NCBI RefSeq assembly: GCF_964204645.1
Contig: NC_134032.1
Coordinates: 10,776,275-10,840,274 of the forward strand
Origin: Tubulanus polymorphus
Lineage: Eukaryota > Animalia > Nemertea
Length of the DNA stretch: 64,000 nucleotides
Direction of reading: 5' to 3'
This document shows positions 23,555 through 37,353 of the stretch, piece by piece (position 1 is the stretch's first letter; each line of letters begins with the position of its first letter). A program made the position numbers and the translations under genes. Under the pieces are notes generated by a model. It was not told where the DNA came from, did not search any database, and saw only the letters and a program-made list of their open reading frames with translations.

Positions 23555-26500
23555 TCAAGTCTTGCGCATCGCCATCATCGTATTAATCTCCCAAACGATC
23601 GTTCGCAGTTGATCGATCACTTCTTTCATTTGACAATTCTTCATACGTAGCTGCTGCAAAAATCAAGTTTTAAGTCGTATTCGAAAATTTCCGCGTTAAT
23701 TAGTTTAAATCCCACTATATACAAAGTTCAAAAAAGATTAAAAGCAAATCTGATTCATCAAAAATTAAAATCAAAAGACACGACGTTTAGAACTCCTGCT
23801 AGATAAGAGATCACCTGAAGACGATTTCCAGTGAAATTTCGAAACCTTTCCGTATTTTGATTTTAATCTTTGAGAAATGAAATTTGCTTTTAATCTTAAA
23901 AATTCCGTACACAGCGGATTTAATCTGATTATCTAAACAGTCATCAACTGTTGGATTTCTATTCATCTTCTTCACTGAGATTCAAGTACATTAGTTGATC
24001 CGACATGTCAAAATTTTGTAGATATCGAAAATACAAAGTAACCACTGGCAACTAAACCAAAAACCTCAAAGGGTTCAAATTTTGTTAGTCGAATGAAACT
24101 ATCAAATCCATGTGAACTATAGATGAATAATATTCTCAACGTCAGAGTCTGACTATTCTAAACTATTTCCGAGTTATTTCGATTTAATTCGCGGAAAAAA
24201 AATTAATTCATCGTTACCTCCGCGTATTCCTTTTTCTCCTCGGTGACAGCGAACTGCAGCAACGTCGACTCTACTTTAACGGAAGGCTCCGAATTTTCGA
24301 GGGGTATCAGATTCTGCATAGTACAAAATAGACGAGACTTATTTCGGCGGATGAAAACACCTTTTCGGATCAATAGAACAATTTTGGCATATCAACAGTT
24401 GAAAATTGTTTGAATTAATTACACGATAGATTTCAGGACAGATATGCCAAAAATTTTCATCGATTTCAATGAATTGATGTAAAGCAGATTGATTGAACAC
24501 ATTTTAGACAAATAGAACAATTTTTGGCATATTACCAGTTGAAATATTTTGGGATAAACGAATCAAAAGGTTTCTTCTTTTCCCTCATTCAACTTGAACA
24601 AAAAGTATCTTTTTTGGTAATCAAAACCTTCAATACAATACAGTGAAAGATCGATCAAAGATCGATGAGTCTAACTGCAGTTTAGGTTAACCGTTTCACT
24701 TTTCCCGATCGATACGAACCTCGGGCGACGTTTCGTCCAACATGCCGCAGTTTTCGTTCACTTTCGTGTAGATCAATCGCAACTTTTTGAACGTGACGTT
24801 GATCGTGCGGAACAACTCTTCGATTTTCGCCTTGCGATCGTTGTACATCTGCGTCGAATTCGGCTGCGTGTTCGGCACCTGAAATAACGCGATTGAAATT
24901 TTCGCATTTTCGCTCTACACCGCGGTCTAAATACGATTTCTTACACCCCAAAAGATGAAACCATTCAAGCCGAACAATAGATTGCCCATGGGCAAAGCGA
25001 TAACCTTGAAAACTGGAGCTTGCTCACCAAGGGCATAAACAAGACAAGTTTTTTCAAACGATATCATTAAATTTTATATCCATTCACACTATCATATCGG
25101 CAAAAATGGTAAAATAATTTAAGTAAAACCCGCTTAACCCTTTCAGTGCTGGCTATTTAATATCCTAAAGTGCTGAAGATAATTTGAAAATTCTGAAAAA
25201 TTCCACCCTCGTGTGTTGAATAATGGGAATAGCACTATAGTGCGTCTACACCCTGGGGCGGTTGATCGTTAGTTACTAATATTTCACTATGTTTGACAGG
25301 TGCTGCCATCTTTCAAGAGAGATAATTAGTAATTTCTAATTAAATCAATACACCGCAGTGCGGTGTACTAGCAAAATCCATCACCGATTCGTACACCGCT
25401 CTGCGGTGTAGACGCACTGAAAGGGTTAATCCGAATCAGCTTAATCCAAATTTTGGTCTGATCTGGATAATATTTGCAGTCCATATGTTCATAAATATAC
25501 AAGAAAATTACTTTCAATCCGCAGCAGATTTCCCGTAAAGCGGATGAATTTCGTTGGTCCCAAACGATCCGGATCGAACGGATTCTACCGTAGAACGTTT
25601 CGGTTTTTCGTGAAACTGGACCTGACATAGGTAACATACGGAGGTCACCTAGGCACCAGCCGCACTTGGAGACGAATACCAATTTCTTCGTCCCTTTTTC
25701 AATGAAACGCGGGCAGCGCGCATAAAACCTTACTATAGAATTGGACCAAGTCATTTAAAACTCTATCAACTTATAAATTCTAGAGAGAACATGTCCGGAC
25801 TTAGTTCTTCGTATCAGAAAAGGCTTTAAATACTTTTAGAACTATTGTTATATTTGCCATCCTGTTAAAACAATTATTGTAAATTTGCACTTTTTGCTTT
25901 AAGCAAATTATTTTTTGTGGGCAATAAATATGAATGAATGAAAAGGCTAGAACGGTCACCTGAGTGGCTTTTAACTGGTTGCACATCTCCGTAGTTTTCT
26001 GCACGATATCTTGCACGGTTTCCTGACCGATGCGACACAGCGAAGCCGTGTTGACCTCTTTCGTAGGTGAAATCATACTCGACTGTTGAGTTAACGCGGG
26101 CGCTGTCGAAAATCCTGCTTGTACGGCATTACCTTTTGAAATAACATTAATGAGCTTAATCAATTGTTAGTTTAAAACACACGACGCAGGGAAACAAGGA
26201 AATACAGAAACACAAAATCAAACATGTTTGATGCCAGAAATATTGTTTCCCCAAACAATGTTTCAGTTTCTTGTTTCTGGTAAACGCACACTACACAGGA
26301 AATATGTTTCCGTTCCCTGTTTTCATGTGCGTTGCTGGAATTTCATAAAACCAGATACAGATATTAGCTCTCCTCTAGTCTCCCCTATCTATCCGGCATC
26401 GCCTCTCCCCTCTCGACTCAACCCTTCCTGGCTCTAGTTAGTTACCTAATCGTTGGTGGTAAGCTTTTTATAATCGGATGGGCGTTTGTGAAAATATCCG

Positions 26501-26839
26501 ATCGTGAAACTAAACCACAGACAGGTTACTGACTATCCTGGCTCCATCTCCCCTCCTTCCACAGGAATAGGCCTTGGTGAAATACTAACCTGTCTTGTCT
26601 CCTCTCTCGACTCAGCCCCTTCTATCTCCTCTCCCCCACAAGAATAAGCCTAATTATTTAATGAGACAAATACCTGAAGCCACAGTTGTTGCAGGTGTCG
26701 GATACTGTTGTTGTGCTGCCCCATATTGCTGCTGTTGTTGTTGCTGTTGTTGTTGTGACGTTGGTTGTCCGGGCGTACCGGGTGTACCCGGCTGTGTACC
26801 AATATTCGGTGTGCCCGGTCCGCCAGTCGGTAGGGCCAT
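23555..26839 (-). CDS. MED30: Mediator complex subunit 30; exons 26839-26674, 26132-25960, 24878-24720, 24313-24218, 23653-23555
   Basis: EVNTASLCRIGQETVQDIV and C-terminal KNCQMKEVIDQLRTIVWEINTMMAMRK match conserved MED30 motifs; all junctions GT-AG with consistent phase; probable 5'UTR donor at 27131. Confidence 0.95.
25138..25425. mobile_element. piggyBac-like MITE in MED30 intron
   Basis: TTAA|CCCTTTCAGTGC...GCACTGAAAGGG|TTAA; related remnant near 6760-6950. Confidence 0.85.
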
Positions 26840-29800
26840 TTCTACTATCTTCTGCCAGGCGCTTAAGTGAAAGTGAGAAAAAGAGGGTTTAATGAGGTTT
26901 TAAAGGCTAAAATAGATGCTAAAAGCTTCGACCCTAAAAATAGGGGACGAAAACTAACTGACTGGCCGGGGCCGCATTCCACTGATCATAGTCTGAATAC
27001 CAGTCGTAGTTACGGTTCCCTACAACTGTTGTTTGAGGAACAACGGCTAGCCTAGGTACTAGACTACACCAATCAATGCCGCAAATGGATCAAAATCCAA
27101 GCGAACTTTAACTAGCCTAGGCCTATTTTACCTTTATGATTTCCTTCGATCAGATATAGACTTTTTAAAGGTTTCTTCCTCACAGAATGGATGATTTTTT
27201 GCTTAATGTGTCAATTTCTGGAGTGAAGTCAATCTTAAGAATCAGCAGAACATGGCGTCACAAGCCCCGGGGCTTGTCACGCCATATCTGACATGGCGTC
27301 ACAAGCCCCGAGTAAAATGCAGACTATATATAATTCACGCGGAACGAAGATATATGTTCGCGTCGAACGGACCACGTTTTTAAGTCCGATACGACGTGTA
27401 AAACCTGAATGAGATAATTTCAAGTACCGGTATGTCAATGTGTAATGAATTTCTATTTTTTCTTAACTTATTGTCTAAATATATACTTACTAAATATTGT
27501 CTAAATATAATATGTACTTATACGTTATATTGTAGTATTCCGTTCAGTGCAACCACTTTGAAAGAAAATTATATCCCGTTTTTACTTCATAACTATATTC
27601 AGATGCATATATATCGAAAGATTTTTATGTAAAATTCTTCGAATATGTTTTTTACAGGTTTCCGTTATGGTGCGAGACGATCAGGAGATAATCAGCTACA
27701 TTTACATAAGCGATTTTGTATATTTTTACATATGAACAAAAAAGAAACAACGATTTATAAACCTATTTCTAAGACTTAATGATTATTGTACTAATTTAAG
27801 ATAATCAGTCACAATTTTTCATTTATTTCTACGGAAAACTGATCGGGTCCTCTCACGCCATGTAAATTGAAGCTATATTCTGTAGACCGTTTGGGGCCTG
27901 ACACGCCATATAGAAGACAAATCGCGATTTTTCTAGCAGTATTTGTTTTTTTTTCTTAGACTTTATGATTATGAACAATATATAACTAATTGAAACTAAA
28001 GATATGATTAGTGACAATTAATTGCTTCCATAGAAAACTGATCGCGTACTCTCACGCCATATTGGCGGCAGAACACTTTGGGGCCTGACACGCCATGTAG
28101 AAGACAGCGTGGTTTTAGGAGCTTTTTGTAACAGTATTTGCTTTTTTTTCTAAGACTAAATAATTGACAAATCATATAGAAGGATTAATCTTTGAACATT
28201 TAAGACAATTAGTGACAATTATTCATTTGTTTGTACGGAAAAATCGTTCGGGTCTTCTCACGCCATGTCTCAATTGAAGCTATTCGGCAGACCGTTTGGG
28301 GCCTGACACGCCATGTAGAAGACAGCGTGATTTTAGGAGCTTTTTGAAACAATATTTGCCTTTTGTTCTTAGTCTAAATGATTGACAATCCACGTAGAAT
28401 GATAAATCTTTGAATATTTATGATAATCAATGACAATTATTCATTTGTTTGTACGGAAAATCGTTCGGGTCTTCTCACGCCATGTCTCAATTGAAGCTAT
28501 TCTGCAGACCGGCAGGAACCGGTCCACAGCAGTCTCCAAACACATGACAGTAGTAATCCGACTGGACACAATCCGTACAAGTTGGTTCCAGTTCAGCCTC
28601 GCCGTTTTTTATCCAGGTTACATTTTTGACGTAGATTACCTCGTCGCCAATTCGAAGTTCTTTAGCACCTACTGGCAGAATATCGCCATCCGCAACGACT
28701 AGAACATAAACGTGAAAAACAGCGTTTGAATTACATACTCGATGTTATGTATCTCTTCTGTAAATAGTTTCGACATTACCTGATTTTACCACTAAAACCA
28801 ATGTTAGAACACTCCCACATAATTTGAACCAATTTTTCGATGCCATTTTGTATCGCTAGGCACTCAATATCCTTAAAATTTTCGAATTCTACGAGCCTAT
28901 TGATTCAGAGTCCCTCTCACGCATCTCGGAAAATCATTATCTAACTGAATAAATAAATGGTTTTCAATTGGTGATTTGAAATATCTTCCTTGAACGACGT
29001 GCGGTTTTGAAGGGAGGATATTGTCTACCCACGAAACGAAATATAATCTCATACCAAAATCAAAAGACCCTCTGTAACTAAGACTTTAAAACCACACCCA
29101 TCTTTTGTTTCATTTTGACCCATTTCATCAACACTTATATGGCATCTACAGCTGCTGGCGAAGGCTATATGAAATTCAATCAACGATTGTTTGTCATTAG
29201 GATTTAGCTTCTTAGACCTTTTAGTTCGGTAATCTCTTCTACCGAAAATTACTAAATGAGCTTTAGAATAATTTCACGCAATCTTTCCATTTAAATCATT
29301 ATTGTATGTATATAATTTAGGAAAAACATATTACTTGGTCTGCGCATCCGCCTGCCAGAGTTCTGCAAAAATCATCAAATTAAAAAAGAATTTTTTAGCC
29401 CTGCTTTGTGTTTTCATCACATTTTATCAATGAAGTAATTCTTTTTATATGTCTTGATTTTCAATCTAGTAACTTGTAAAAGTTATGTTCAATTTCGCGA
29501 TTTGCAAAAAAGTGTTGCTTTTTTCATTTTTTCCCATCATTTGAATCAAGTTAATCACAATTTTCACTCCCTCTTTAACTTTTTTTCTGCAGTCCATGAG
29601 AGGTAATAAAAAAAATTTATCTTAATTATTTTCTTGCCCCCATTTCGAACCGCCGATGATAAGAAAAGCTTTTTTCCCATCACCCTCCAAATTTGTTCAT
29701 GAAAAAACCCGTATTCCAGGTAATTAGAAAAGGCCTTAATACAAATACACTATCTATTGTCAACCCGACGACCTGATGACAAACCTAATTCCTATGATTC

Positions 29801-30656
29801 TTCTAAAACGTAAAATAGAGCCTGTTGTACCAATCTCCGCTATTTGACAAATGATTGGACGAACGAAGTGACCACCATTTGCTCTCGGACAAGAACGGCA
29901 TTGATTTTCCTTGCTGTTGGACGCGCGCCATGTCACCATGTGCATTCATGCGAGCAAGGCTCTCCCTTGCAGCATTCTTCCTTTCAGCATCTAAAATTTG
30001 CAAAATTCCATTTTATTGCTGATCTCCTGTGATGTTTTTAATTGGCCGGGGTCGACATTTCCTCGGCTCTCTAGCTCATTCGAGGCGAAAAACGATAACA
30101 ATTTAGCACGCCTCGAGCGTATGAAACCTACGTATTCTCGATTATAGCTTGTAGCTTATAAGTTGGAACCACAGAAAAATCAGAAAATTTGAACGTTTTA
30201 GATGCGTTTCTTAGCCATTCTAAAAAAAAAAAACGGGAATCAAACGCCGAACATCGACAAGCGGGAACTGGTAACGACCTAAGTGGACGAGTCGGTAGAA
30301 AACACGACTATTATCATTACCATCATGAACCGCAGTTAAAATTCATTTTTTTAATGAAATATTTTCATTAATTTTATTTCGTCGTGGTAACCGTGAGCTA
30401 CAAAGACAATTTCTCCATTTAACTTAATCGCGACGATGCATTTGCCAAATGATTCCATATAATGACACTGTACCTGCAACTTAACTTTCTTCTAAAACTT
30501 ATAACATGCATTCTGCTTATAACCAGCAGAGAATCCGTCTGTCTATTCCTTTCTATATTCTATACTAATTGTGAAGTGGCGAATGTATCCTTATAGTGGA
30601 ATGTAGTGAATGCAACTAATTTGATTTAACGTTCAGTAACCATGGGTGTTCGTTGT

Positions 30657-32799
30657 TCACATATGATTACTGCTGCTTATGTCGGCCATCGTTCTTTTCG
30701 TTTGAATGCTCAAGGAATCTTCATACATCGACGAAGCCGGGTTTCTGGTGAACGACACACCGACGAATCTCATACACGACAGCACCCTACGCTTCATAAC
30801 CAGACGAACCTCGTTGCCGGAAATGACGTAGATGAAGAAATTTATGCCGTAGTTCATCTGATAGAAGAACTCGATGATTTCACGAGCCGGTAACTCGCCG
30901 CTGATCGAGCCGAAATAGCGCTTGACGACACCTTCGAAGATCCAGGCGGGAAGGGTCAGAATCAAGAACGAGCATGTTAGCAAGAGTAACATGGCGGTGA
31001 TTTTGTTACGCGCTTTGGACGAAACTTTGCTGGTGTCGGTCGGCCGGTGGCGGAAAAGCGAGAAAACTACCAAAGCATTGCTTATTATGATGACTAGTGC
31101 TGGTATATACTCCATGGGAAAGCCGAGATAGAGTTGGGTAATCCATCCGATTTCCTGCGGGACCGCGCAGAAGTTTACATCACTCACGAAACGGATGTAA
31201 ATGATATAATATAGCGTGGACAGAATGGCAAATATGAAGACCCCGACGATAATCAATCTTGCGACCTTTGGACTGAGCCTGGTCGTAATAAACGGGAACC
31301 AGACGATAAGAAAACGCTCGAACGCAATAGTAGCCATCATCCACGCACCCGTTATCTGCATCACATCTGGAATACCTGCGAGTGAACAAAACAGTCCATC
31401 ATTAATTACTGAATTTGTCTTAACCCTGTTTTTTGAACATAAGAATACCGATATATTGACTTTGTCGTCCAAGTCTAGGCTTCAGAATTTAACGCTTCAA
31501 TCATATATTCAACTGGTTAGATTGCCAGCGCCCATCATCGACATATTCAAGACGTAGGCTTCGTATTTATGGCTTTTTGTAGTCATACCAACGTTCACAA
31601 GCGAATCGGATCCTAGTTCAACAGATGTGAGCTACGTTTAAATCAGAACGGTGGAACTGGCACCTGTATTATATCGGGACTTATTTCGCATTGGCGACAC
31701 GCGAATTTGATGAATACAGAGCTAATTCCCTTTCTCTCTCTCGGTACTAATCCCCTCCGTATATTTGTACAGAGCTAGGGAGACAGGAAATAGCACATCG
31801 TTTGAAGATTTTTTCTCGCTTTGTATCCGTATTACTGCAATAGTGCAATTCACTGTCAAAAATATACCAGTGAGTGAGGAAATAACTGTCATAATTCATA
31901 TCAATTCTAATTATAGATATTATTAGCATCACTCATCAATGTGGCGAATGCTTCTTTTCTAAGTTTGGATTTTAATATCTTCACCTAATACTTTTAAACA
32001 ATAAGAATCTGCATCTTCTGTATAAGGGGGAAATGTCGAGATCCCTACAAGCAAAACAGTCATTGGTAGTTTGTATCACTCCCATAAGAGATTTATAAAT
32101 CATTATCACAATTGTCTCTAACTTCTTTAGTTTCTTATATTTCACACACATAGCTTAGGTCTGAAACAACTAAGATATATTTAGAAAATTGGAATGATAT
32201 TCCTGAGTCATGTTTGGGAAATTCTGGGAGCTTTTAAAAAAATAACAGTTATAGGCTCCTACTTTTTTCGGCAGCAGTATCCATAGCAACCTTGCCTGAT
32301 CATACAGGACAGGTGGCAGCCCCCTCTCAACAATGTTCTGGCTACGCTCCTGAAAGAAATGTAATATAGGCCCTAACTTATACAGAATTTGCATACCTTC
32401 ACCGAGGATACAGCCGACATCGTTATAAAAACCAATAACCGCTTTCTTTCCCATAGCCAATAAAATCATGTTCAACCAAGAACAAAACCGTGCCGACAGC
32501 ATGGCGTTGTCGCAAACAGCTAAGGTGGCGATGTACCAGGCGTATGTGTGCTTTCTCATAGCGCTGTCCATCATTATCACCAGGGTCATCGTGTTACCGA
32601 AAAACCCGACCAAAATTATCATGAATGTCCCGATGAATCTCATCCACCGGACCCATTCGGGCAACTGATTTATGTCCCAGTAGAGGTTGGCAATCAAAGC
32701 TGGCCAATACTCGAGAATCCATTGCGTCTGAGATCCTACGGCGGTTGTACCGTTAGGGGGCGTCATGGTTTCCGTTGGAATGGTGGTGAATGTCGTCAT
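30657..32799 (-). CDS. Class A (rhodopsin-like) GPCR, invertebrate peptide-receptor-like (FMRFaR/Srw-type expansion); exons 32799-32397 and 31375-30657, about 373 aa
   Basis: GFFGN (TM1), LAVCD (TM2), FERF (TM3), LTLP (TM6), NYGINFFIY (TM7); phase-1 intron GAAG|GTATGC...cgcAG. Confidence 0.88.
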
Positions 32800-33756
32800 T
32801 CTTACGACTATCTTTCTTCTGGCCGACGTCACTTCCGCCGTAAACACTGCAAAAAGCGGTACCTGAAAATATCATACGAGAAAATCACAGATATATGCGA
32901 TCAGCTACGATCTCACTTTGATGGTTTCGACGAGACAATACTCGCAACTGGTGGTAAAGTTGGAACTGATCAATGCAGCAAAAAACAAGGAAACGAACTT
33001 TTAAACGCATGGATAATCCTCACGTCAAACACCTCATATAATCCTATTATTCTATTCTTTACATCTAAAACTGCTCCACAAAATGCTGGATTGGAAAGTA
33101 ATCAGTCCTAATGACTGAACGCGAATCGTTTGACATTTAAACCGTCCATAGCAAAGCTGGATTTCTATTGGAAACGCACAGTTTCCCTCACTAATACAAT
33201 TTGTCGCGAAAGTCAAATTGATCGACTACACATCCTTAATGAATAGCTGTTGATTAGCTACGATATTTACCTTCCATCGTTAGATAATTAATGACTTCCA
33301 ATAAATATTCATTCATCAGTCATTTTACAGGAAATTACACGAAATTACGGATCCATTCAAAATATGCATCTACGTGTAAAAAGACGAATTATGAACCCAC
33401 TTTCGAAGTTGGTGTTATTTTTCGCTTAGGTTAACAGGTTCTTTTACACCATATTGATGAGGTAGGGTTCCTAAATTGCATCGAAGATCACCTACGTACC
33501 ATATTGTCACATTGGAAGGTCTTGAAGTTGCGGGGTTAGAAGGTACATTCAACAGCACTGTATGAGAAGGGCCGAACTGTAACTCTATGTCGGGAAACTA
33601 ACTCCTGATGGTTTTGTACATTGAGAAGGGGAGATGAAGAAAAATAAGTTTAAAATAATGTCATCAGCTAACGCTTGACGCAGAACAAATGGAATCGGAC
33701 TGACATTACCTGAATTGATCTATAGGTTACTAAAAGCTACATTATGAAATTTATAC

Positions 33757-34562
33757 AGGGCAGTGACGATAAAGAATGTCGAAACCGTCACCAACATCAT
33801 AGTGGTTTGGTTCGTTCTCGACGATTTGTTGCCTCCTGAGCCAAATTTACTAGATCGGTAAAGTTGTACTCCGATTATTATATTAAATACTGACGTTAGT
33901 ACTATGGGTACAATGTAAAGGTAAGATACAGAAAATGTTAACCAGATTTGATAGACGTCTTGATTCGTGTACAAACATCCGATACTTGGAGAATAATCGT
34001 GGAATATGATAACAAGCGGTGCATTTAAGGCAGCACTTAAAAGAAAAACACCGCACACGACACACCTGGCAAAACGGGCAGTGCAAAGAACTCGTGACGT
34101 AAACGGGAATAAAACTAACATCAAACGTTCAAATGAAATGATAACCACGAATGAAGAACTACAGTACGTGCATGCTGCGAATAGAAATCCGTAAATTCGG
34201 CAGTTGGTTGCGCTAATTAGGTTAATCCCACCCATGAGATAACTGACTACTGGCATTAAGCACGACCCCACGGAAATCGACGTATCCGCCACTGCAAGAG
34301 CCGCCAGATAGCTAGCGAATGACAATCGCCTGAAATTTTCGGACGTCATGATCAGAAAGCTCGAACAATTTCCAAACAATCCAAAGGCGAAAATGGTTGG
34401 CAACAGAATAAGTGAGGTGATCCTCAATTCTGGGGGTAGGTTTAACAAGCTAAGTAGCAACGTGCCAGAATAAAAGGGTCGGCTTACGCGCCTCGTAACG
34501 GAGATATTCATCATGTAACACCACTGCCCGCCTGATCGCTTTGTCTTCTGATTCAAATGCAA
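33757..34562 (-). pseudogene. 3'-truncated class A GPCR (TM1 to mid-TM6)
   Basis: GLFGN, LAVAD, FERL present; similarity to paralog 35277-35733 stops abruptly after FIVTAL; no TM7 found. Confidence 0.7.
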
Positions 34563-35276
34563 CAGTTTCCAGAAGAATATAAATCAAAAATCAATGCTAA
34601 TTCAGCGCACACGACATTTTCATTATCATCAATCAGCTGAGGCTGTACATCTATAGAAGCATTCATGTTTTCATTATCTAGGGCATAGACAATTATTTTA
34701 TGCGTGGTAAGCATCAATAACACGCGATACAATGAATATGTTACAAGTATATTTATTTCGATTTTTGATATTTCTCATTGTGTTCTGGTAAAAATCAAGC
34801 AGAGTCATTCGACGCATGCAATGTTACAAAAGACATACAATACACATGTAAAACGTTCTACTACGTTTTCAAAGAGAATGTAATCATGTAAAAAAATTAA
34901 AAGAGTGCTGCCATTTCTTAATGATGATAGATTATTTCGTATTCCTCGACATGAGAAGAAATGTGATTATTCTAACATAGTCGGAGTGTTTCAGATTCTT
35001 TTCGATTGTAACCAATTTGTCCCTGAAAAGTCTAAATTATTCCCTCGTTACTTTTGGCGAAATCTAAATTCTCTTAAGTTTTTCGAATTCATATCATCTT
35101 TAGGATTTCAGAAACGAACATGTGATTTCATAATCGAAGCAGAATGTACATTCCAAGTTTACAATCTCACGCATTCCCTAACCTCGGGTAGGATACGGAT
35201 ACTAGTGCTAAGACTGAAGATCTCGGAAATGGTACTGTATTCAGTTTTTACTTTGAATGAAATTGAAGTCAATTTT

Positions 35277-35733
35277 CTATTGGAGACAAGATATCATTTT
35301 CTTGAATGTGTTCCTCACCTCCGAACCGAGTAACAGATAAATATAGAAATTGAAGTTATAATTGCAACTGACAATGATTGGTAAATCTTTTGAATCGTGT
35401 CCATCGATGCAGGAATGTACGTACTAAGTACTGACGGCAGGGCAGTGACGATAAAGAATGTCGAAACGGTCACCAACATGATAGTGGTTTGGTTCGTTCT
35501 CGACGATTTGTTGCCTCCTGAGCCAAATTTACTAGATCGGTAAAGTTGTAATCCGATTATTATATTAAATACTGACGTTAGTACTATGGGTACAATGTAA
35601 AGGTAAGATACAGAAAATGTTAACCAGATTTGCAAATTATCTTTATTCGTGTACAAACATCCGATACTTGGAGAAAAATCGTGGAATACGATAACAATCG
35701 GGGCGTTGAAGGCAGCATTTACGAGAAATACAC
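35277..35733 (-). pseudogene. 5'-truncated, frameshifted class A GPCR (TM4 end to C-terminus)
   Basis: Near-identical to 33757-34050 over TM5-TM6; TM7 CNYNFNFYIYLLLGSEVR is in a shifted frame (break near 35367); 5' part replaced by transposon repeats at about 35732. Confidence 0.8.
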
Positions 35734-37353
35734 TGATCGGGTCCTCTCACGCCATGTTTCAATTGAAGCTATTCTGCAGACCATTTGGGGCCTGACACGC
35801 CATATTGGCTGCAGAACATTCGGGGCTTGACACGCCATATAGAAGACAAATCGCGGTTTTTCTAGCAGTATTTGTTTTGTGATTATCAAATCATGAACAA
35901 TATATAACTAATTGAAACTAAAGATATAATTTAATTGCTTCCATAGAAAACCGTTCGACAAACCATGTTTCAATTATTGAAGCTATTCTGCAGACAATTT
36001 GGGGCTTGACACGCCATATTGGCTGCAGAACATTTGGGGCCTGACACGCCATGTAGAAGGCTTAGCGATTTTAGGAGCAATATGACTGCAGATCACACTA
36101 GATTGGAGCCTGGCTCACCATATATGTTTTTCTAACATTATCCATGTTCTTCTAAGACTGATTGATCAACAAATCATGTGAAATAGATGAATGATTCATT
36201 GAAATGTAAGATAGTTAATTAAAATCTTTATTCTGCAAAACTCATTCAGTAGATATATATGTAATGTTTTTGTATTTTTCATATGCTGGCGAAATATATG
36301 ATTGTTTAAATTGTGTTTCAAAATGTGTGTACACTGCATTAGATTAACAAACAACGATCAATTTCTATTCTGTAAAACTCATTTTAGTGTAAATGCGATG
36401 TAATATGTAGTTCTTATTATGTATATATAATACGTTGTAAATCATCTAAGACAAATTAATATCCAACCGAATATTTCAACTTCGGAAGAAAAACCCGCGA
36501 GACTTAGTCGACGTTTCATCTCATGCATAGGATTTGATTTTCATTTTACGTTTACCACATGGCGTGTCAGGCCCCAATATGGCGTGACAAGCCTCGGGGC
36601 TTGTGACGCCATATGCAGCAGGTCTTAAGATTGCCCTAGATGAATTTCTGAGCCCTTTCAAAAATTATTTTCTGCAGCTGTCCACGACCTTCAAACAGCC
36701 AATGGCACTAAATAGTGGATCTGGCTCAAACTACTGTGGCATGCGAGTAGTACATTAAATAGCGGATAAGGATTGTTGAACCTTTACGTACTGTGTGGGA
36801 TGGTTAGTAAACGTTTCCAGCGTCTTCTTGTGCTCATAAAATGCCGAATGTGCATTATGAAAAGTTTAGAACCATAGTCATTCATTTTCTCAACGCGGTA
36901 TTTTATTAAAAATTAAAGCGCAGTTTTCCGATAGAGGGCACCAACGCTGAAAGTTATCAGCGACAGCGATTGACTAATTATTAATTAACATTAGTGTTTT
37001 CCGCCTTTCCGTCTTAGCCCGATCCGATGAATTTCTCATTATTCGTTGAACACTTACTTCTGCTACCCTTAACATAAATTAAATGATTCCAGGGGATGTT
37101 TGCAGAAACTACGACTGACGACCTTTCATTACATTAGTTGGGCCCATCACTACTTTTGCTTTATTCGACTAAAAATTCGAAAAATATCATTTTTCTGTGA
37201 GACGCGTCAAAATTCAATTTAAACTTTCTGATTTAACATCATTCAATTTAGTTAGATTTATATTCATCGCGATGAACGCGATTTCACAAATATGAGCGCT
37301 AGATTTCTGAGAATTGATTGCCGAGTTTTCTAACAAATGATAAATTACTATAA

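Larger units (their letters stand above)
27221..36642. mobile_element. TIR-bounded DNA-transposon unit; repeat-rich ends at 27221-28510 and 35732-36642 with GPCR-bearing DNA between
   Basis: TIR core caatcttaaga...atggcgtcacaagccccggggcttgtcacgccatat at 27230-27287, inverted at 36578-36633; aatttctg 9 bp outside each core; shared internal tandem repeats. Confidence 0.65.

Noticed and set aside
20892-26839. MED30-zinc finger fusion protein
   Set aside because: MED30 has its own stop and an AATAAA near 23270, and the ZF gene's ATG is preceded by an in-frame stop.
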